DNA from: a virus
Strand: one strand, 5' to 3'
Virus record (IMG/VR): IMGVR_UViG_3300042878_001826
Coordinates: 1-64,000 of that record
DNA: 64,000 nucleotides
The notes under the pieces were generated by a model that saw only the letters and a program-made list of their open reading frames with translations, was not told the origin of the DNA and did no database searches. This document shows positions 1-9,546 of the stretch, piece by piece. Made by a program: the position numbers and the translations under genes. Each line of letters begins with the position of its first letter. The first letter of the stretch is position 1.

Positions 1-13
1 CATATAAACTTCT

Positions 14-316
14 TCAAATACTTGTCCTGGTGTTTCCTGATACCAGGTCGTCATTACTATTTCCCACATCTAATATTATATTTAACTTTTCTTCTCTTAC
101 GTCTTCTATTGATTTGAAGTACATTGGATATTCTTTCGTTTTGACGAAGTATTCTATATCGTCGTGTGTTCCATAACTATTTGATACTACATAGCAGGTT
201 ATGCCATTTTCTTTATCGAATCCGCTCGCCATTCGTCCTTCGTAGTATTTTCCTTTTGTCCATCTCGCCCTGCTTGACGAATCCTCAAAATAGTTTCTGA
301 TACATAAAAATTTCAC
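14..316 (-). CDS. Hypothetical SH3-like phage protein with C-terminal RxxKL tag
   Basis: KFLCI..WTKGKYYE..YF pattern shared with 50971..51222; REEKLNIIL near C-terminus. Confidence 0.6.
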   Translation of the reverse strand: MKFLCIRNYFEDSSSRARWTKGKYYEGRMASGFDKENGITCYVVSNSYGTHDDIEYFVKTKEYPMYFKSIEDVREEKLNIILDVGNSNDDLVSGNTRTSI

Positions 317-552
317 TTCAATATTTGGTCAATTTTTTCATCTCTTTTTTCATCAAGAGTTGGTTCTTGTGCGGTAAGCTCACCAGCTTTGTTCGCTATA
401 CCTAAGAATGTCAAGAATACAAACATGTATATTCCAGCGAAGAACTTAGTGTCCCATTCTTTTGGAATGAAGATTGGTAAAACGAATATCATTAGAATAG
501 ACATAATACCTAATACCAGTGATATTATATTAAGACGCTTTCTGTTCAACAT
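313..552 (-). CDS. Small two-TM membrane protein with C-terminal tag
   Basis: Two hydrophobic segments; ends RDEKIDQILK; overlaps neighbours in an operon. Confidence 0.65.
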   Translation of the reverse strand: MLNRKRLNIISLVLGIMSILMIFVLPIFIPKEWDTKFFAGIYMFVFLTFLGIANKAGELTAQEPTLDEKRDEKIDQILK

Positions 553-802
553 TGACGTTTATCGGTGCGTTCACGCCTTTCATATCCTTCATAAACTGCA
601 TTACAAATCTCTCCAAATCTGATTCACTTTCAAAGAATATGTTGGCAGACTCTTCTTGTTTATCATTCGATAAACAGAATATGTTTCCATAGGTGAAAAC
701 GTTTGTGTAGTTTGTAACACCTGGTATTATAAAAACAGAAGAAACTTCCGAGTTTCCTATCATTATCTTCTGAACTTTGTTTCCTTTACTTATTCTTATC
801 AT
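530..802 (-). CDS. Hypothetical protein
   Basis: ORF tightly packed in minus-strand operon. Confidence 0.6.
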   Translation of the reverse strand: MIRISKGNKVQKIMIGNSEVSSVFIIPGVTNYTNVFTYGNIFCLSNDKQEESANIFFESESDLERFVMQFMKDMKGVNAPINVNVEQKAS

Positions 803-1008
803 TTTACAATCTTGAATTTTTTATTTACCCATTCCAATGGCCACATGTTGTATTCGTTGGCATATAGTATGTGGTTGAGACATACGAGAACTTCCGTGCT
901 CTCATTATCTACGTGAAGAACTTCATACACCTCATCTTTTTCAAAGAGTGGAGAACCTAAAAGGTTTTTGATGTCTTCGTTGCATTTCAATTTAAATCCT
1001 TTCTTCAT
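799..1008 (-). CDS. Hypothetical SH3-like phage protein
   Basis: Likely start MKKGFKLKC at 1008; FEKDEVYEV resembles the paralog pattern at 14..316 and 50971..51222. Confidence 0.55.
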   Translation of the reverse strand: MKKGFKLKCNEDIKNLLGSPLFEKDEVYEVLHVDNESTEVLVCLNHILYANEYNMWPLEWVNKKFKIVK

Positions 1009-1094
1009 GTCTATTTTATTAAAAAAATAAGTAATGTTTAAAAACAAAGAGGTTTTTTATTATAAAATATATACATAAAAACAATATCACTATA

Positions 1095-2030
1095 ATGAAG
1101 ATAAAACATAAGGTAGTCAAAGAATTTCAATACCTTTCTCCAGACAAAAAGATATTCATTCTGAAAGCAGGAACTATATTAGAAGAATACAACTACAAGG
1201 TAAAAACAGAGACTATAGCAATAGACAGAGACATCATTGATAACAATCCAGAGTTCTTTGAAATCATAGATTGGAAAGCTGAGCTTCTAACATACATAAA
1301 GGCAAACAAACTTCCTACACCGGCAGTTCTTACAAAGAAACTTATTCCATTCATTGATGAAATGGTTCTTTCTTCTATACAACAAAACACTCCGGTTGGA
1401 AACGTAGTAGACGAATCTGTAGTTAGAGAACTTGAAAGAAAAGAACAGGATCTGAATAGTAGAGACAAAAGAATCAAAGAAAAAGAAGACGAGATTGAAA
1501 TCAGATTAAAAAGAGTTGAGAAAAGAGAAGGTGAATACAAAGAAGACCTTAAATCTTTAGACAAAAAAGAAGATGATATTAGAGAAAAATCTAAAGACCT
1601 TATCGAGAAAGGATTGGATTTAGACGACAAGATGCAGGACTTAAACGAGAAGGAAAGAAACCTAGATAGATCAGCGTTAGAATCATCAAAAGAAATAGAC
1701 GAGAAGTACGTCAAACTTCAAGAAAAGATAGACAAAGATTTGAAGTCTTTATCAGAAAGAGAAAAAGAACTTGAAGTAAAAGCAAAGGATCTTAGTAAAA
1801 AAGAAACAGAGGTTTTAGAAAGTGAAATATATGAAAAAGCAAAATCATATGATATTCTTTATGAAACAGTAGAAGAGATAGAAGATGATATTTTAAATAT
1901 GAGTTCGACGATTGGTTTACTTAGCGACTTTCAATCAAAACCTTTTACTCAAGAATATCTTACACAAATACATAATTCTCTAAATAAACATATTCAAGAA
2001 ATAATCATAAAAATAAAAAACACTAAATAG
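1095..2030 (+). CDS. Coiled-coil hypothetical protein
   Basis: Long E/K/L heptad region; AAATATATA upstream at 1065. Confidence 0.75.
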   Translation: MKIKHKVVKEFQYLSPDKKIFILKAGTILEEYNYKVKTETIAIDRDIIDNNPEFFEIIDWKAELLTYIKANKLPTPAVLTKKLIPFIDEMVLSSIQQNTPVGNVVDESVVRELERKEQDLNSRDKRIKEKEDEIEIRLKRVEKREGEYKEDLKSLDKKEDDIREKSKDLIEKGLDLDDKMQDLNEKERNLDRSALESSKEIDEKYVKLQEKIDKDLKSLSEREKELEVKAKDLSKKETEVLESEIYEKAKSYDILYETVEEIEDDILNMSSTIGLLSDFQSKPFTQEYLTQIHNSLNKHIQEIIIKIKNTK

Positions 2031-2061
2031 AATTTTGGTGTTTTTTTTTAATATATAGAGT

Positions 2062-2784
2062 ATGGATAAGTTAAATAAGCTCTATAAATATCTAAAGAAT
2101 AGTGATAAGAAGATTCTTTTCCTTACTACATCTAACAGATGGGAAGGTGAGAAAGAACTTCCAAAGTCTTCTATAATAGCACACGAATTGGCAAAGCAGC
2201 TTAAGTCGGTCGAAATAATAAACGTATCAAAGCTTAAGATATTTCCTTGCGAAGGAAACGTTTCCAACAAAGAAGGAAATGGCTGCGGCGTGAAGGCTGC
2301 AATGCTTAAAAGCAACAACCCAGATAAGTTTATAAGATGCTGGGCATCAATCAACAATCCTACCGACGAAATGCACAAAGTAGCCAATGCTATTTATGAT
2401 GCAGACATCGTTATATTTTTCGGATCAATCCGATGGGGTAAGATGAATGCAATCTATACTCAGTTAGTTGAAAGACTTACGTGGCTTGAAAACAGACACA
2501 CTACATTAGGTGAAAGTAATCTTTTAAAAGATAAAGAAACTGGTGTAATCGCTATTGGACATAACTGGAATGGTAAAGAAGCTGTTAAGTTAGAAAAAGA
2601 AGTTCTCGGCTTCTTTGGATTTAAAACACCAGATGTACTAAGCTTCAACTGGCAATACCTTCAAAATTCAAATGACGAGACTCAATCTGGGTATAAGAAA
2701 GCTTATGCTGCATTTATGAAAGATTTCAACTTTGTTGAGTCTTTGAAAGAAGGAATTAAAAAATTCAAAGAATACTTCAAATAG
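2062..2784 (+). CDS. Flavodoxin-fold NAD(P)H-dependent FMN reductase / iron-sulfur flavoprotein-like
   Basis: ILFLTTSNR..S, PCEG..C..C, DEM..V...IYDADIVIFFGSIRWG pattern. Confidence 0.7.
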   Translation: MDKLNKLYKYLKNSDKKILFLTTSNRWEGEKELPKSSIIAHELAKQLKSVEIINVSKLKIFPCEGNVSNKEGNGCGVKAAMLKSNNPDKFIRCWASINNPTDEMHKVANAIYDADIVIFFGSIRWGKMNAIYTQLVERLTWLENRHTTLGESNLLKDKETGVIAIGHNWNGKEAVKLEKEVLGFFGFKTPDVLSFNWQYLQNSNDETQSGYKKAYAAFMKDFNFVESLKEGIKKFKEYFK

Positions 2785-2794
2785 ATAAAGTATA

Positions 2795-3010
2795 TCATGA
2801 TGTTACATGATTAAACCTTAACTGAGATAGTAGATCAAAATCACTGTCTCTTTTTTTTTCGTCTTCATAGTATATGAACGAAGTATGGCTTTCTGGATCG
2901 CTTTCTTCTATCTCTATAGAATATCCACCTACGGTTCCTTTTTTAAACTCTATTCCTTTTCCCACTATTTCGGTGGCCATCGCCTTTACTTCTTTGTTGT
3001 TGAATATCAT
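2795..3010 (-). CDS. Hypothetical protein
   Basis: ORF overlapping the upstream gene stop; start may be the downstream MATE. Confidence 0.55.
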   Translation of the reverse strand: MIFNNKEVKAMATEIVGKGIEFKKGTVGGYSIEIEESDPESHTSFIYYEDEKKRDSDFDLLSQLRFNHVTS

Positions 3011-3705
3011 AGTTTGTTCTTTATTACTTTTGCTTGTTTTTCTGTTATGTATCCTCTCTTGTCGTAGAAATCTAAGACAGAACTTTGAAACGAATCTGTC
3101 TTACCTGCCTTGTCCAAGAACTTAAGCTGTCTTATTATGTTCGTGTATGATTCTGTCTCTTCTCCCAGAACTTCGTTTAGCTTTAGCTCTCTGTTCTCTT
3201 TTATACCTCCTTTTAGATGTTTGACGAATTGAAGCCACTGCCACTCTGTAATCACAAAGTAGTCTTTTGTATAAGGACCTATGATAATCTTCACCAGATT
3301 GTCTAATTGAATAAGATAAAGAGAATATACAGGACAGTTCTTATAGTTAAAAGATATTCTGTCTATGTTATGATGTATTTGAGATAAGTCATAGTCGTTG
3401 TCGGTATCGAATCGCATGTCGTCTCTATCTCTCATTTCATACTTTCCGAACTCTGAGAATAAAGATTCAAACTCATTTTCAGTAAGTTCGTTTATTTTTT
3501 TACCGTATTTTAAGAACTTTTCTACTGGCTTCCAAAAGTTTTTGTATGTTAAAAGTGATGGCTCTACTTCGGCAGAATTTCCAGAGAAGCTTTTGATACC
3601 TTCTATTTTTCGCTGACTACCCAATACTATGGTGTTGGTGTAGCCATTGCTTATGTCTACTCCAAAATCATCATCTACCGGTACATGGATGAAATAATCT
3701 AGCAT
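3007..3705 (-). CDS. Hypothetical protein with internal RELKLNEVLG tag and C-terminal SF..S..G.ITEKQ domain
   Basis: ORF track and motifs. Confidence 0.7.
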   Translation of the reverse strand: MLDYFIHVPVDDDFGVDISNGYTNTIVLGSQRKIEGIKSFSGNSAEVEPSLLTYKNFWKPVEKFLKYGKKINELTENEFESLFSEFGKYEMRDRDDMRFDTDNDYDLSQIHHNIDRISFNYKNCPVYSLYLIQLDNLVKIIIGPYTKDYFVITEWQWLQFVKHLKGGIKENRELKLNEVLGEETESYTNIIRQLKFLDKAGKTDSFQSSVLDFYDKRGYITEKQAKVIKNKL

Positions 3706-4034
3706 GTCATTTTCTCTTTGAATTTTAAAAGTTTAAACATTTCTGGATTAGTTTTTCTAAGCTCGATACTTTTTGCCAAAAGCCAAACAAGGTCAGACTT
3801 TCTTTTTCTACAATGCCTTACGTAATGAACAACATATCGTACACGGATTGGTTCGATGGAATCGAAATCCATTCCCATATAGTCTTCTACACACACTTCA
3901 ATCTTAGCAAGAGTCTTAGCTATGTTGTCTGACATTCTATTCAACTCTGTTGTGATAGTAGATATAGTTTCTTTTTCAGATAGAGATTTTTCTATCTTCT
4001 TATCTATCATATTTTCGATCTGCTCTTTCTTCAT
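3699..4034 (-). CDS. Hypothetical protein
   Basis: Start reassigned to MKKEQ at 4034, 4 nt after a TATATTTG element. Confidence 0.65.
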   Translation of the reverse strand: MKKEQIENMIDKKIEKSLSEKETISTITTELNRMSDNIAKTLAKIEVCVEDYMGMDFDSIEPIRVRYVVHYVRHCRKRKSDLVWLLAKSIELRKTNPEMFKLLKFKEKMTC

Positions 4035-4038
4035 AAGA

Positions 4039-4046
4039 CAAATATA
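4039..4046 (-). promoter_or_regulatory. Bacteroidota sigma-A type -7 element (TATATTTG)
   Basis: Matches TAnnTTTG; 4 nt before ATG. Confidence 0.7.
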
Positions 4047-4051
4047 CAAAA

Positions 4052-4079
4052 AAAACTCCGCTGTTCAAAGCGGAGTTTT
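4052..4079. terminator. Intrinsic terminator
   Basis: aaaactccgct-gttcaa-agcggagtttt hairpin with A/T tails. Confidence 0.8.
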
Positions 4080-4080
4080 G

Positions 4081-5037
4081 TTATTTTATAACTTTTTCAG
4101 AAGATCCATCCGTGTAGTATATTATGACGAGACCTCTATAATATGTTAGGTCGACTTCCTGACCAAGTATATTTGTAATCTTCTCAATCTCTTTAGACTT
4201 AGAGTTCATTCTATTGTCAATAGAGATTATATCAGAGTATTTAAACTTACCATCATAATCTGTTTGTTTTAGTTTGTAGTAGTTTATTAAACTTTCCACA
4301 CTTTGATCCAAAGAATAATAGTTTAGTTGTATAGAAGAGTTTCCTGCACCACTTTGTCTATCAATAATTTCCCAATCAATACCATTTATTGATTTTTCAA
4401 TCGTAAAGAAGTCGTTGTTATTTTCTGATGCGGTAGACCAAAATAGTTTATTCAATAGGTTATCTCTCATTACTTTGAAATATAAAAGCTCTATCGGTAA
4501 TCCAACTGGAGATGATTCATATATAGTTAAATCATCTAAATATACCGATGTTGGACCACCGTATACTGTTTTAGTCCATATTTGAAAATAACCAGTTCCA
4601 GTATACGTTGAAGTGATTGTTGTACTCCATTGATACCAAGTATTCCAATTTGAATTACAACTTGAATTTGAAAAAGTTTCATTGGTTAATAGAGTAGTTT
4701 GATTTGCTAGTTCATTAGTATTAATTACAACTGAACACGCACGTTTAGTATAAAATGTAATAGTATATATACTATCTTTTTTAAAGTTAATTGGAATATA
4801 GATATAAATTGAATTACCGTTAGCAGCAGATGAAAATCTAGCTGAGTATTTAGTAGCATCAAATACACTTCTATAGTTACCCGTCGCGGATTCATTTCTA
4901 ACAAAACTCCACACACTAGATGTTGAACTCCACCCAGTAGGTGCTACAGCACTAAAATGTTGGTCTACTAAATAAGTTTGTGTAAATGCAAAGATACTCG
5001 TCAAAACAAATATCGTTGCTAATAATAATTTCTTCAT
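4081..5037 (-). CDS. Secreted Bacteroidota-type protein: signal peptide, beta-sandwich domain, T9SS-cargo-like C-terminal region
   Basis: MKKLLL signal peptide; LPIELLYF..WSTASENNNDFFTIEKS..YYKLKQTDYDG; NILGQEV..YTDGSSEKVIK end. Confidence 0.75.
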   Translation of the reverse strand: MKKLLLATIFVLTSIFAFTQTYLVDQHFSAVAPTGWSSTSSVWSFVRNESATGNYRSVFDATKYSARFSSAANGNSIYIYIPINFKKDSIYTITFYTKRACSVVINTNELANQTTLLTNETFSNSSCNSNWNTWYQWSTTITSTYTGTGYFQIWTKTVYGGPTSVYLDDLTIYESSPVGLPIELLYFKVMRDNLLNKLFWSTASENNNDFFTIEKSINGIDWEIIDRQSGAGNSSIQLNYYSLDQSVESLINYYKLKQTDYDGKFKYSDIISIDNRMNSKSKEIEKITNILGQEVDLTYYRGLVIIYYTDGSSEKVIK

Positions 5038-5156
5038 ATTCTATTTATTTAATTTTAATATTAAATAAATCCACTTTGAAGAATCAACGAAACCCCCATC
5101 TACCATGGGCCGGTCGGACTATTATTTTACATATGTGTTTATATATAAAAAGTTTA

Positions 5157-5543
5157 TTATCCCAACAAACTTTTCAATTGTTGCTCTCTGTTCCAAGCAG
5201 TATACCAGTTTGCATCAGTTAGAATTATATCGTTAAAAGCAACCAGTACTTTTTCACCATCCACATCTACTTCAAACTTCTTACCAATCTCTTCACTATC
5301 TGGAAAAAAAACAAACTTTTTCTTTATACCATACTTGTTACAGATACCCGCAATGAAACCTGGCTTTATGTTGGCGTAATAGCAACTAACGGGAGTTCCA
5401 TCAACATAAGTGCTATGTATTCTTTTGTAGACGAACCTGGTAGTAATGGTATCTAACAGAACCTCAACACCACCGTTGAGGAAAAATATTTTCGTCTCAC
5501 AAGCAATGTGTATCTTCTTGTCACTAAGCCGTCTTGCTTTCAT
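5157..5543 (-). CDS. Hypothetical protein with C-terminal tag
   Basis: Ends REQQLKSLLG. Confidence 0.65.
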   Translation of the reverse strand: MKARRLSDKKIHIACETKIFFLNGGVEVLLDTITTRFVYKRIHSTYVDGTPVSCYYANIKPGFIAGICNKYGIKKKFVFFPDSEEIGKKFEVDVDGEKVLVAFNDIILTDANWYTAWNREQQLKSLLG

Positions 5544-6171
5544 TAGCTGCTATTGTAGTTACAATCATAAACAAATCATGGATGTGTTTTTTCGACTCAC
5601 TCTCAGCATCTCTATTAGTTATATCCTTCATATACTTGTCAATCAGATGAAGCTTGTAGTTTATTATGTCCATCAACTTAGCGACCTTTAAATCACCAAC
5701 CGTTTCGTATTTGACTTCTTCGTCTGTTCCAATAACATCAAAGTCTGTATAGAAACGGTATCCTCTGTGACAACCATAACTATCTTCTCCTCTATCTTTC
5801 CCAGTATAGAAATCCAGTGAGACTACCTGGTTGGTGTACTTCACATTAGTAAAGTTATTCATACCACAAAACTTCATGAAGTTGTCTCTCGACACCATAA
5901 AGTCTAAATCATTGGGATTTCTTTTGAATATCTGAACTCCGTTTATTCGATACATACTGAGTGCTGCCGATCCGGTAAGAACACCATCAAGCTCCTTCAT
6001 CTGTTCAATATATTTGTTTCTCTTCTTTTGATGTGATTTACCAAAGAAGAAAGGAACTTTACCACTAAATTCTTCTAAATCATTCTTCAAAGAAATCTGT
6101 CCTTCACCGAATATGATAGAGAACTTTATATCTCTTAAATATCTTTTAATATCGTTAAGCTTCTTTTCCAT
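5524..6171 (-). CDS. Putative Pol-beta superfamily nucleotidyltransferase
   Basis: LTGSAAL..RNPNDLDF (GS + DxD) and K..HD motif. Confidence 0.55.
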   Translation of the reverse strand: MEKKLNDIKRYLRDIKFSIIFGEGQISLKNDLEEFSGKVPFFFGKSHQKKRNKYIEQMKELDGVLTGSAALSMYRINGVQIFKRNPNDLDFMVSRDNFMKFCGMNNFTNVKYTNQVVSLDFYTGKDRGEDSYGCHRGYRFYTDFDVIGTDEEVKYETVGDLKVAKLMDIINYKLHLIDKYMKDITNRDAESESKKHIHDLFMIVTTIAANESKTA

Positions 6172-6952
6172 CTTTTCTCTGAGTTAAGTAAAAAATAAGT
6201 CCTGCTAATATCCCACCAAAGTGTGCCCAATGTCCAATCCCATCACCAGCATTCTTCAAACTAAATAATTCGAATAGTATTATTATAATGGAAAAATATC
6301 TTACTTTAAGCCATTTGAATCTAAGATAATGAGAGTTGTCTATAATCGCAAATATTGTCAGCATCCCAAAGACTGCACCAGACGCACCAGCCATATTTTC
6401 TCCACCGCCATTCATATACATCTGAATCAAACCACCTACTATACCAAATAGAAGATATCCTAAAAGAGTCTTTTCAGTTCCGTATCTTTTTTCAACCGAA
6501 GGTCCTGCCATCAAAAGCATTATCATATTTCCATATAAATGATTTACACTACCATGTATGAATTGATGTGTGACAAGCTGCCACAAATGAAATTTACTTC
6601 CTAAGTAAAGAGTTAGTGGATCTATAATAGAGATAACACCCTTTGCATCTAATAGCACTTCAAAGCCAAACATCATTACATTGACTGCAATGATTAAAGA
6701 AATGATTCTGGGAAATGATATTGTGAATAAGTCACCTCTTTTTATTTTGAGTATTTCTTTATAGACGATTTCAGAATCAATTTCATCTTCACTTAATTCT
6801 TTAGACAAAGATGTTATTACCCAGCCTAATACTGGAGTAAGCAAAAAACTGAATATAAAAGCCCAGGGTCTGCCAATCTTTCTTGTTTCACCTATGTTCG
6901 CAATTGCATCACATGAAATGACATAGAAGATTGATATAAGAAAGAATATCAT
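6155..6952 (-). CDS. Rhomboid intramembrane serine protease
   Basis: WQLVTHQFIH..HLYGNM, GASGAVFG, AHFGG; multiple TM segments. Confidence 0.9.
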   Translation of the reverse strand: MIFFLISIFYVISCDAIANIGETRKIGRPWAFIFSFLLTPVLGWVITSLSKELSEDEIDSEIVYKEILKIKRGDLFTISFPRIISLIIAVNVMMFGFEVLLDAKGVISIIDPLTLYLGSKFHLWQLVTHQFIHGSVNHLYGNMIMLLMAGPSVEKRYGTEKTLLGYLLFGIVGGLIQMYMNGGGENMAGASGAVFGMLTIFAIIDNSHYLRFKWLKVRYFSIIIILFELFSLKNAGDGIGHWAHFGGILAGLIFYLTQRKDGKEA

Positions 6953-7104
6953 TACTTATTTCTGTTATCGATTACTATTCTCATACATCCAGTACATAAA
7001 ACTACTGGACCATCAGGAGTCATAGCAACTTCTCTTTTACAATTTGATTCACACTCTTTCTTTCCGACTGGTGCAAAGTCTCTCAATGATTTTTTCTTGT
7101 CCAT
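6952..7104 (-). CDS. 50-aa Cys4 zinc-ribbon-like protein (not in ORF track)
   Basis: Manual translation MDKKKSLRDFAPVGKKECESNCKREVAMTPDGPVVLCTGCMRIVIDNRNK; TAATG overlap with rhomboid; TATCTTTG upstream at 7123-7130. Confidence 0.7.
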   Translation of the reverse strand: MDKKKSLRDFAPVGKKECESNCKREVAMTPDGPVVLCTGCMRIVIDNRNK

Positions 7105-7134
7105 AGTTTTATGTATATGTAACAAAGATACGGA

Positions 7135-7629
7135 TTATTTTCTCACTTTAATAATATCATTTGAAAAATAATCCTTAACTCTTTCTTCTTCACCGTATGG
7201 TCTAAAATAAAGATGTCCGTCTTTCTTTTTATAGATTATATGTTTACCTGCTTGTTGAACATCAACCGTATCACCAAGAAAAAGTTCTTCTCCAAATTTG
7301 TCGTAACATTTAAGACTTACCGTTACGTTTTTAACAATTGATCTATGAAGAATAGCGTTCGCCAATATCTCACATGCATTTTTAGGTGCGTTTCTAACTA
7401 CACAGTCATTGAAGTCTGCAACGGTATAAGATAAATCGATTCCTTTATTCCATTGCTCGGTTGTAAAGATATGCCAAGCATGAATAAGTATATCCCAAGA
7501 TTTGTCGAATGGTGGATTTAGATAAGGAATATTGGTGTATTCGTCTACATACCAACCCATTTTGTCTATAGACATTTCTGATTTACTTACTAAGTAATCT
7601 GCTACTATTTTGTTGTTGTTTCTTTCCAT
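7135..7629 (-). CDS. Hypothetical protein
   Basis: Likely start MERNNN downstream of TATCTTTG at 7654-7661. Confidence 0.65.
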   Translation of the reverse strand: MERNNNKIVADYLVSKSEMSIDKMGWYVDEYTNIPYLNPPFDKSWDILIHAWHIFTTEQWNKGIDLSYTVADFNDCVVRNAPKNACEILANAILHRSIVKNVTVSLKCYDKFGEELFLGDTVDVQQAGKHIIYKKKDGHLYFRPYGEEERVKDYFSNDIIKVRK

Positions 7630-7700
7630 AACACTATTGTTTATTTGTTTAAACAAAGATAGTGTGTTGGTCTAGCTCTCACAACGGACAATTGTCCACA

Positions 7701-8105
7701 TTATAATATTTTACTGATTTTTATACTTCTTCGAATGGCTTGTAATACCGCCAGCTTTTCCTCTGCGGTCGTTATGTCCTTTTCGGAACTTTTTTCATTG
7801 ATTACATGTGAAATTGGACTTTTCATAAGTGACTGATGTTTTTTCGTTTGATGCTTGACATCCACCTCTGCTCTTTCGATATGATATTCGATAGTCTTTT
7901 CATCTATTACTTTTCTGTTTACCCATAGCCAATCTTCTACTATGTAAGAAGGCATGTTCATAACATCGTATAATTTGTTTTGATCTACATACAAATACCA
8001 AAAGTCATCAGCGATTTCGAATATCACCGATGACATCTCGAAAAGTCCACCATAGTTATTTTGGTGTGAGATTATTTTCCATCCACCAATCCTTCCTTCT
8101 CTCAT
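7701..8105 (-). CDS. Hypothetical protein with C-terminal tag
   Basis: Ends RRSIKISKIL; TATATTTA 4 nt upstream. Confidence 0.65.
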   Translation of the reverse strand: MREGRIGGWKIISHQNNYGGLFEMSSVIFEIADDFWYLYVDQNKLYDVMNMPSYIVEDWLWVNRKVIDEKTIEYHIERAEVDVKHQTKKHQSLMKSPISHVINEKSSEKDITTAEEKLAVLQAIRRSIKISKIL

Positions 8106-8126
8106 TTGTTAAATATACGAAGATTA

Positions 8127-9467
8127 TTATTTGAATTTCTTTTTCAAATCATTAAGATCATCTAAATACATATCCTTAGGATCTGTTTCTTCAAGTTTTT
8201 TAATCTCACCTTTCTTAGTAGTGAAGTCTTCCTTCAGTTTTTCGAAAAGCTCTTTAGTCAAAGAGTAGATTGGCATTCTCAATAAGTAGTCGTAAGAGTC
8301 ATCAATCTTATCAAGTTTCATCTCTACAATTCCTTCAATGATAAGTGCTTTAGAAACATTGTTTATTTTAAGTTTCTCATCTAAGATAGCTTTAATGAAT
8401 CTACCTCTGTTGCTTAGAATCTTAAGATCGTGATTCATCTTAGCAAGCATGAATGCTTTTCTTTTGTGGTAATAAGAAAGTCTGAACGCAACGAAATATT
8501 CTATTATCTCTGAAGTCTTTTCGAATATAAGAAGTTTCCCATTCTCATCTAATGTAGAGAATATCTCAGTAGAAGCTTCTTCTAACTTAAACATTTTGAT
8601 AAGCTTTTCGTCAGTGTGTTTCTCTAAGTCTGCTCTTGTGAATTTTATGATATATTCGATACTATCTTTACAGTTGTCATCATAAGAAACAATCTCTTTT
8701 GAATCACAAAGTTTATCTAATAAATCCTCATACTTCTCGAAAGTCATCGAAGGTGGTAGTTCTGTAATCTTTACAGTAGAAGTATTCAATCTTTCAATCT
8801 TACCTCTGATAATCCATCTCTTATGATTCTCTGTGTCTTGTACAAAATCACCAGTGAACTCTCTTAATGAAGGAGCAATCTCTTCTATCTTCTTTCCTGT
8901 AAGAATCTTTATACAAGAATCCGTCACACTCTTAACATCTCTGTTTAAGATGTTTGTTGCAAATCCTACTGCGATACCTGAAGATCCGTTTATAAGAACT
9001 GTAGGTATGATAGGTAAGAAAAACTCTGGTTCTATACTTTCACCTTCTTCTTCTTTGTAGTTTAGTAAGTCAAAGTCTTTATAAATCAATCTGAAGTTAT
9101 CAGATAGTTTTGTACCGATATATCGAGGAGCACCTGCTTGTGGTGATCTTAAAGATCCAAACTGACCATCTTCTTCTAAGAGCGGTGCATTATTTTTAAA
9201 CTTTTGTGCCATGTTTATGATTGCCGAGTTCAAACTGGCATCACCGTGATGATAGAATACGTCGCTGGCTACTTTACCAGATAACTGGAATATTTTAAGA
9301 ACCTTTTCATTTCCTGTTTTCCATATCTGATTAGCAACGTGTATTACTTTTCTTTGAGAAGGTTTGAACCCATCTATACACGACGGAATTGCACGTCCTT
9401 CAATGGAATACATAGCAAAATCTTTGTATTCTACTGATAAGAATTCTGTTATTGTTTTTTCTGTCAT
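8127..9467 (-). CDS. Type IIA DNA topoisomerase, DNA-cleavage subunit (T4 gp52-like)
   Basis: RAIPSCIDGFKPSQRK, YHHGD, GQFGS, APRY active-site Tyr, GIAVGFATNI. Confidence 0.95.
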   Translation of the reverse strand: MTEKTITEFLSVEYKDFAMYSIEGRAIPSCIDGFKPSQRKVIHVANQIWKTGNEKVLKIFQLSGKVASDVFYHHGDASLNSAIINMAQKFKNNAPLLEEDGQFGSLRSPQAGAPRYIGTKLSDNFRLIYKDFDLLNYKEEEGESIEPEFFLPIIPTVLINGSSGIAVGFATNILNRDVKSVTDSCIKILTGKKIEEIAPSLREFTGDFVQDTENHKRWIIRGKIERLNTSTVKITELPPSMTFEKYEDLLDKLCDSKEIVSYDDNCKDSIEYIIKFTRADLEKHTDEKLIKMFKLEEASTEIFSTLDENGKLLIFEKTSEIIEYFVAFRLSYYHKRKAFMLAKMNHDLKILSNRGRFIKAILDEKLKINNVSKALIIEGIVEMKLDKIDDSYDYLLRMPIYSLTKELFEKLKEDFTTKKGEIKKLEETDPKDMYLDDLNDLKKKFK

Positions 9468-9546
9468 AGTTTCCTATATAGTAAAAAATATTTTTGTTTT
9501 TTAGAATATCAATTTAATATATACTAAAACACGAATTTTGTTTATT

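Noticed and set aside
1193-1714. Long antisense ORFs (also 9774, 10973, 53952, 59481, 62556 and similar)
   Set aside because: Ser/Phe/Leu-rich shadows of real genes on the opposite strand
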